A DNA stretch of 64,000 nt from NCBI GenBank assembly GCA_964016885.1, contig OZ024743.1, positions 199,764,001 through 199,828,000 of the forward strand, in the 5' to 3' direction. Numbering within the stretch: the first letter of the stretch is position 1; each line of letters starts with the position of its first letter. A program made the translations under genes and the position numbers. The notes under the pieces were generated by a model. That model searched no databases, was not told where the DNA came from, and saw only the letters and a program-made list of their open reading frames with translations. Source of the stretch: Eledone cirrhosa. Lineage: Eukaryota. Shown here piece by piece: positions 55,380 through 64,000 of the stretch.

Positions 55380-56078
55380 CACACACACACATATACGTGC
55401 ATTATGAGACCGCAAACTATCTCATTATTTATCAGTTGTTTGGAGCATAATTTAACAGAGGTTGATATTTAAGCTAAATACTTTCCGTTGAATTCACTCA
55501 AGGTCTCATATTTTCAAGGGATGGGGAGAGAAAATATATCACAAAGTCCATAAGTTTTGCAATAATTGTTTCTACTTTAGGCACAAGGCCAGCAATTAAC
55601 CAGTGCATTACTGGTACTTTATTTTATCGACCCCGTAAGGATGAAAGGCAAAGTCAAGCTCGGCGGGATTTGAACTCAGATCGTAAAGGGACGTAACTAT
55701 GCTGGAAAGCATGGCGTCCGACCCTCTACTGATACTGCCAATCCAAAGTTTTGCAATAATATTAGAATTTCAGTGGTGCCAAATGAGATTCACGTGTATG
55801 TCCTGCTGACGAAGATAATCTGTCCAAAATGCCAAAAAGTCACATTAAGGAATTCCGCATTTTGAAATTGGAATAACGTGAGGGCTGATTCTAATGATCA
55901 AGGAACTGGCACTTAAGTATTTTGGTCGTCCCTGCGCTGAGACCTTAAATAAAACAAAAAGGTTTAGTGAGCAGGATAGTTAACTTTGCCTTTCATCCTT
56001 ACGGGGTCGATAAAATAAAGTACCAGTAATGCACTGGGGTATTTGCAGGCATTGTGCCAAAAGTAGAAACAGTTATTA
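54870..56078. mobile_element. Four further SINE family A copies
   Basis: About 54870-55060 (-, old), 55100-55277 (-), 55562-55745 (-, TSD aagttttgcaataat), 55978-56078 (+, truncated). Confidence 0.85.
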
Positions 56079-56084
56079 TTTCAT

Positions 56085-56549
56085 GGGTTTCACTTAATGA
56101 CCGAAAGAATACTGTCGCGAATACAAGCGGCCGAAATGGGGTTCCTCTGAAAGGTCTTTTGGGTAACGTTACTCGATAGAGTGCGTAGCTTGAAGATGAG
56201 ACAGTCAGTCACTCTAATTGGGAGATTACAGTTCTGATACTATAGGCATGTGGTTAGAATGTCTTAGGAAATAATCCCTGGTAGACCTCTAGCAAGGTGG
56301 TAGGATAACATCCATGAGCTTGCCTGATCTCGCTTGGGGATCCAGCCGGATCAGTTGGAGAAGGTTGCTTCTGACAGGACCCACTGGAAGGAGTGTTTGA
56401 GTACTTCTCAAGAAGAAGAAGAAGAAGAAGAAGAAGAAGAAGAAGAAGAAGAAGAAGAAGAAGAAGAAGAAGAAGAAGAAGAAGAAGAAGAAGAAGAAGA
56501 AGAAGAAGAAGAAGAAGAAGAAGAAGAAGAAGAAGAAGAAGAAGAAGAA
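56085..56549 (+). mobile_element. Decayed RTE (Expander/Rex3-like) LINE 3' fragment followed by (GAA)n
   Basis: MTERILSRIQAAEMGFL..VTLLDRVRS..HVVRM..GRPLARW*DNI..LGI..LEKVASDRTHW with stops; (GAA)n 56411-56549. Confidence 0.8.
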
Positions 56550-57098
56550 CGTCTCACTCTAGTTATTCTCAGGCACATCCTTCAAGGATTTTACAAGATC
56601 AAGTCGACTCTAGATCTTTGCTATTTATTTTATCGACCTCAGAAGAAGGAAGTGTAAAAATGACCTATATTTCATAAGCAATATCATGTTTTCCATCTTT
56701 TTATTAAACGATACAATTCTCACGATATATATCGACAGAAAGTAGATATCACATATATTAGTGGTTATGTAATTTTGTATGATTATTTTGTTTGTCTGGC
56801 TTTTCTTCCTTTACTTTAACGTTAGTGGAGCAGGAGGAGGGCTATTTTCATTTTTTTTTAAATATTTAAAAAAAAGAACAACAATAAGAAAAAAACAACA
56901 CATAATTGAAAGGATGGGTAAGCAAATACTGTTGGATAATCTAGAGCCCAAATATTCGAATCATGTTGCATATCCGGTTCCGGAATATGTTGCTATGATG
57001 TCATAGATACTTTTCGTCTTTCTTCCTCATTTTCTCTTCATTTTGTTTATTTATATACTTTTGAGAAAGGATATACTGATGTGGTTTCCATTTCCGTG

Positions 57099-57177
<79 letters not shown>

Positions 57178-57265
57178 CATACGTGTTTGTGTGTATGTGT
57201 ATGCGTGTGCGTGTTTGTGGATTTATATGCGCGAATATATATATATATGTATATATATACATATA

Positions 57266-57343
<78 letters not shown>

Positions 57344-58253
57344 TAGATATATACATCTATATTTACATACATATTCATGTGAAGTAGTTATGTGACACCT
57401 TATGTTGTAATGAAAAACATTATACCGGTTGATAACTATGTAGAAAACCCTGCGGATATGTATGCATATTATTTGCACATATGTTGTCTATCTTAACCGC
57501 CATAGAAACTAATGTTTATATTTTATCCATCAATATTCATTGAAACTTATATGCAAAAAAATAACATTACTTATGAATTAGCAATGGGACATTTAAAAGG
57601 TAAACGTATAAAGTAAAACGCTTAACTTCCGAAAATTTCTTCATTAAAAATGAATAATCCGTCGCCGCCATTTTGTTATTCATGTATTTCAATTACCTCC
57701 GCTCATTTCGCCAAAGATAAAAGTAATTTTGACTTGTTGGATCTATAAGCAGATCATTTTCATATATTTTATTTTAAACTATATTTTAACTGATGATTAA
57801 ATAAATGGTTCTTTTTCTTAATGAGCCATTTTACCTACATACAAATTCGTATTTAACTTTGGTGGTTTTGGGAAGCCATATTAGTAACTTGAATAGATTT
57901 CCTCCCCCCCTAATAATCGTTGGTCCCTTTGACGTTTGGAATTGGGCATCGTATTGCTAAAAAAAATAAACTCTTCGTATAAATGAGGGAGCCTCCACGT
58001 AGTCACTTGTCTCGCTAGAAGTAGCAGCCAATTCTTTAAAAGAAGGTATGAAAACAGTTGATAATGTTGCTCTGAAAAACTATATGGAACTGTCATAGAG
58101 GAAATACCATTGATCAGTGGACTATTCAGTAAAGTTTAGCAAGGTGATAAAGAACAACAGCGACTAGAATACCAACTTATCTTTATTCGGTTTTAGTAAA
58201 GCATCAATTGATTCTAGGTACAAATCGCATCTCATTTTAAAGATATTTCAAAT

Positions 58254-58450
58254 GAAAGCGTGGCTGAGTGGTTAGAGAATTGGATTCGCAATCGTGAGAT
58301 GGTGAGTTCGATTCCTGGATCGCGCAATGCGTTATGTCCTTGAGCAAGACACTTTATTTCACGTTGCGACTGATAGATAGTATTAGCAATTGGAAAGACA
58401 AACGGAAAAATTGTTTCCTCGGTCCGATTTGACGAAACTCGATCGTTCCT
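58254..58450 (+). mobile_element. tRNA-headed CORE-like SINE (family C)
   Basis: A box tggctgagtgg, B box gagttcgattcc, gtccttgagcaagacacttt. Confidence 0.8.
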
Positions 58451-58477
58451 AAAAAAAAATATATATATATATATGTA

Positions 58478-58527
<50 letters not shown>

Positions 58528-58714
58528 AGACGGAGAGTGAAAATAAGAAGTCAGATTTGCAGCATTTTATGAAACTTTACTGCATTGTTTCGATTAGCAA
58601 TTGGAAAGACCAACGGAAACATTCTTCCTCGGTCCGATTTGACGAAAGTCGATTGACTGTCGTCGTCGTCACCGAGACGATGTGTGAGCCACTATTGAGA
58701 GTGATAGTTTAACA

Positions 58715-59040
58715 GAACCGTTAGAGCGTCGGACAAATGATTAGTAGCATTTCTTCTGGATATTTATGTTCTGAGTTCAAATGCGACGGAAGTCATCTAT
58801 ACCTTTTTTTCCTTTCGGGCCCAATACAATAAAGTGACAGTTAAGTACTGGGATCGATAAAATCGTCAGGCCCATTCTCCCGAATTGCTGGCCTTGTGCC
58901 AAATGTTCGAAATAATTATTATTTCAAGGGTGGTTGATATGCAAAGGTGTTAGAACGTCGGTAAATGCTTAGCAATAATTGTTCCAGCTCTTTACATTCT
59001 GAGTTCAAATCACGCAGCCGTCATTGTTCTTTTCATCAGT
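58715..59040 (+). mobile_element. Two old SINE family A-related copies
   Basis: ctgagttcaaat B boxes and attgctggccttgtgcc tail. Confidence 0.65.
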
Positions 59041-59071
59041 ATTAATACATGCATACATTCATACACACACA

Positions 59072-60316
<1,245 letters not shown>

Positions 60317-60369
60317 CTACGCATAAAAAATATATATATATATATAGAGAGAGAGAGGGTCCAGGTTTG

Positions 60370-60499
<130 letters not shown>

Positions 60500-60514
60500 T
60501 AATATATATATATA

Positions 60515-60922
60515 TGGAGAGATGACTCCTTAGCCTTTGTCAAGGCAGAATTCTAGGAGAAGGAAAACTCTGATATAGCACCTGCAACCCTGATGGGATC
60601 CAATTATGTTGACTTGTTCTTCTTTTTGGTAAATATCATCTTGGTTAAGAGAGTGGGACTGGCTTTGTGCAGTGCCTTTGCTCACTATAAAAGCTTCACG
60701 GCACAGGCATTGCTTTATATCTGGAGATCTCTCTGCACTTGTCGTCACATGGTACCATGGGCCCGGCACTACGTGTCAATAAATTGTCACAAGTGTAGTG
60801 TTTGTACCAGAGTTTTCAAGTCGCTGGCTGGACTAAAAAGTCACACTCGTTCAGCGCATCGGTAGGGGTTCTCCTACATGGATATATAGTTGTGGCCGTA
60901 CTCGAAAACGAGTTGGCAGCCA

Positions 60923-60924
<2 letters not shown>
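60515..60924 (+). mobile_element. RTE-derived non-autonomous element, 5'-truncated
   Basis: Near-identical to 18720-19131; encodes CSVCTRVFKSLAGLKSHTRSAHR* remnant. Confidence 0.85.
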
Positions 60925-61010
<86 letters not shown>

Positions 61011-61335
61011 TATACATACATATATACTTACGTATATAAATACATATACAATTCATATAAAACGACAGACAGGCATATAGAGTAAGCTGCTCACATTTTA
61101 CAAATGTTGTCTAGCGTATCAATGGGTGGATGATATCTCGTGTGTTATCTATTTCCAAAACAAACACTCACAATAATAAATAAAACCAATGCTATACTGT
61201 ATGTATAATTTAGGCTTTATTCTTTTTAATATTTTATGTTCTAACGCTATATCCATATATACGTTGATATAACGTCTATGACTCTCTGTGTGATGTCTGT
61301 ACTGGCGTCTGCCGCCTTCCACACACATATATATA

Positions 61336-61413
<78 letters not shown>

Positions 61414-61481
61414 GAACCTAATAAATTCATACTTGTACTGCCCCCTTACTTTTGTTCCCGTCTAAGATTTAACTATATATA

Positions 61482-61579
<98 letters not shown>

Positions 61580-61955
61580 TATACACCCACTCACGAGAAA
61601 CTATGTTAGGATATTATATCGTTAATTGTTGAGAGCTACCTTGTTCTTGTTAATCCACCACTCCATCTTTATATATTCATATCCCCATCGTTCTGATCCA
61701 TTTTCTCTCTCTCTCTCTACAACTCCCTATATATAACCCTCTCTCTCTATATATAACCCTCTCATCCCTCATTCTATCTCCCTCTCTACCTCACACTCTC
61801 CGTTCGATTCGTGGTTATATCTTAACGCTAAAAATGTTACTATACAAATAGTATACTGCTGGTAACGGCTACATTTCACACTGAGAACTGAGAACACTCA
61901 CATTTTACGAATTCATATACACTCATCGCTTCAAACCTTTCTAATTAATGTTATA

Positions 61956-62009
<54 letters not shown>

Positions 62010-62207
62010 GGAGGTGAGTTTTATTGTAGTACAATAAAGCAATGCAGATATCGGATAAGAAGCACTCTACAGTTTGTAGGACTGGAGTATACATAATATA
62101 TAAGAACAAAAGATGGTTAAAGGAGTTCCATGTATTTTGAAATGCGCATAATAAAATACATGGAACTCCTTTAACCATCTTTTGTTCTTATATATATATA
62201 TATATAT

Positions 62208-62616
62208 ATATCTTTCACCGTATTTTTGACTAAAGAAATTTTAGCCTGATAATGGGGTTTAGAACCCTCAGATAAATGGAAAAAGATGAGTATTGACGTA
62301 CATGGGAGTCGAACCCACATCTTTGGTTATCCAGACCACTGTGCTACCATTACACCAACACATCACCCAAATGTGTGATGTGCTACAATTACACCAACAC
62401 ATCACATCACACATTTGGGTGATGTGTTGGTGTAATGGTAGCACAGTGGTCTGGAAAACCAAAGATGTGGGTTCGACTCCCATGTACGTCAATACTCATC
62501 TTTTTCCATTTATCTGAGGGTTCTAAACCCCATTATCAGGCTAAAATTTCTTTAGTCAAAAATACGGTGAAAGATATTCTATTTTCTAATTTCAAACCTG
62601 CTCACTGTTTCAAAAC
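62208..62616 (+). mobile_element. Fold-back family T element, best-preserved copy
   Basis: Arms 62208-62382 and 62403-62577 almost perfectly complementary; (TA)n on both sides. Confidence 0.9.
62421..62491 (+). pseudogene. tRNA-like cloverleaf head (tRNA-Gln-like D arm); mirror copy on minus strand
   Basis: gatgtgt tg gtgt-aatggta-gcac a gtggt-ctggaaa-accaa agat gtggg-ttcgact-cccat gtacgtc a; T5 run at 62501; anticodon differs between copies. Confidence 0.7.
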
Positions 62617-62632
62617 ATATATATATATATAT

Positions 62633-62842
62633 AGGAACGAGTAGGACCCCGACGGCTGAGCTCAAGCCATTTCGACGGCTAATTCTGGACTAAAATAATT
62701 TTAGTCAAGAATTAGCCGTCGAAACGGCTGAGCTCACGCGTCGGGGTCCTACTCGTTCCTATTACCCACTCTACTACCCTAAGTATTGAGTACTTTGGTG
62801 CGTTATGGTTCATCTGGTTCCTTACCACATTTCCTTCGTTAT
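62633..62842 (+). mobile_element. Fold-back family H element
   Basis: Hairpin about 62633-62761 then tail ending ccacatttccttcgtta into (TA)n. Confidence 0.85.
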
Positions 62843-63204
62843 AAATATATATATATATATAAAGGAACGATCGACTTCCGTCAAATCGGACCGAGGAAAC
62901 AATGTTTCCGTTGGTCTTTACAATTGCTAATACTATCTATCGGTCGCAACTCCAGGTAGAAGGAGCAACGTGAAATAAAGTGTCTTGTTCAAGGAGATAA
63001 CGCATCGCCTGGTCCAGGAATCGGACTCACAACCTCACGATTGCGAATATACATATATATATAGTGATGCAACCTCCTCATCAATGGTCGGTAGATAACC
63101 CCCTTCTCTTTCATTTTTCTTACTACATTGACATAATTTGGCAGCTGACTTCTACAACAGACCATGTTTTGTATGTACGTATATATGTATGTAAGTATGT
63201 ATGT

Positions 63205-63621
63205 ATGATATTTGGACACCCTACGGGATGAAATACAAGAGCCGACAAAGGGCGGAGGAACTCAGCAGAGTCAACGGCTATCCAAATAGTACTTTTTTTT
63301 TAACCTGGGAGTGAAAGGCCCCCAGTTGTTGTCACAACACCTTTCTAGGAGAGAGAAACTCTGAAAAAAAAAACAACCTGCGGCTTCGGAAGCATCCGAT
63401 GATGTTGCCCAATTCTCCCTTTCGGGTAGTGTTGTGATGCTGAGAGAATGGGATTGGTCGAGTACAAGGCGTTTCCCCACTTTAAAAAACTCACAAAGCA
63501 CTGGTATTGCTTGTACAGGCTCTGTTATACGTTTGTGTGACTGGCCGTAGCCTAAAAGTGCACCAAACTCTATAACCTGACAAGCGATAGGAGTACTCTT
63601 AGCAGAGTTTACAGCCATCAT
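63205..63621 (+). mobile_element. RTE-derived non-autonomous element
   Basis: Homologous to 18055-18437. Confidence 0.75.
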
Positions 63622-63649
63622 GTATATATGTGTGCGGGTGTGTGTGTAT

Positions 63650-64000
63650 GTTATCTTCTTTCTATTAATTTAGAGTACATTTTTGACCGACCACATTCCT
63701 GGTGGCAAGGTTGTAAATGAAAAGAAATTATCTTCCCTTGAATCGCAAGAATGTTTTTCAAATTTTGAAGGTGCCAAATATCGTAGCCATTTGTTGTCTA
63801 TGAATTAGGGAGCTGCGTTCTTTGTCCACAAATCCAAGTTCAGCCATACTTTGGTCCAAGCGGGTTGGTATATAACCTGTAGCTCCAATAATAATGGGTA
63901 TGAACTGAAGGTGTATCTTGGATACTGGATCTGAAAACTCTTCATCAATGATCCGTAGATGTCCTCCTTCTACTGTATTTTTCTTACAACGTTGACATCA
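63650..64000 (-). mobile_element. R4/Dong-like 3' fragment, runs off window; smaller fragment at 63065-63165
   Basis: Homologous to 17482-17840. Confidence 0.85.

Noticed and set aside
56334-56677. Poly-Glu/poly-Arg ORFs
   Set aside because: RTE remnant reading into a (GAA)n tract
62421-62491. Functional tRNA-Ser(GGA) gene
   Set aside because: No long variable arm, anticodon-stem mismatch, anticodon varies among copies, and part of a dispersed repeat

Overview
AT-rich, microsatellite-saturated animal genomic DNA. The repeat families look cephalopod/octopus-like; this is inferred from recalled SINE motifs, not from a search. I found no credible host protein-coding gene, and nearly all listed ORFs are translations of simple repeats. 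Real coding remnants are all transposon-derived: a 5'-truncated R4/Dong-like RT+RLE non-LTR element (14876-16679) with relatives, RTE 3' ends (some with C2H2 zinc fingers), a CRE-like C-terminus and a possible Helitron helicase remnant. About 30 copies of a tRNA-headed Meta-domain-like SINE are present, plus older SINEs, MITEs and two Helitrons. The most interesting signal is a population of short non-coding elements embedded in (TA)n tracts with an inverted (fold-back) copy of their own end. Several carry minimal type I hammerhead ribozyme folds, including a tandem pair 524 nt apart, a U3-A8 core variant and a recurrent C.A variant. One fold-back family has a tRNA cloverleaf head. This suggests a Penelope-like/retrozyme mobilisation system that may also mobilise a SINE. 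Coordinates were counted by eye and may be off by a few bases.
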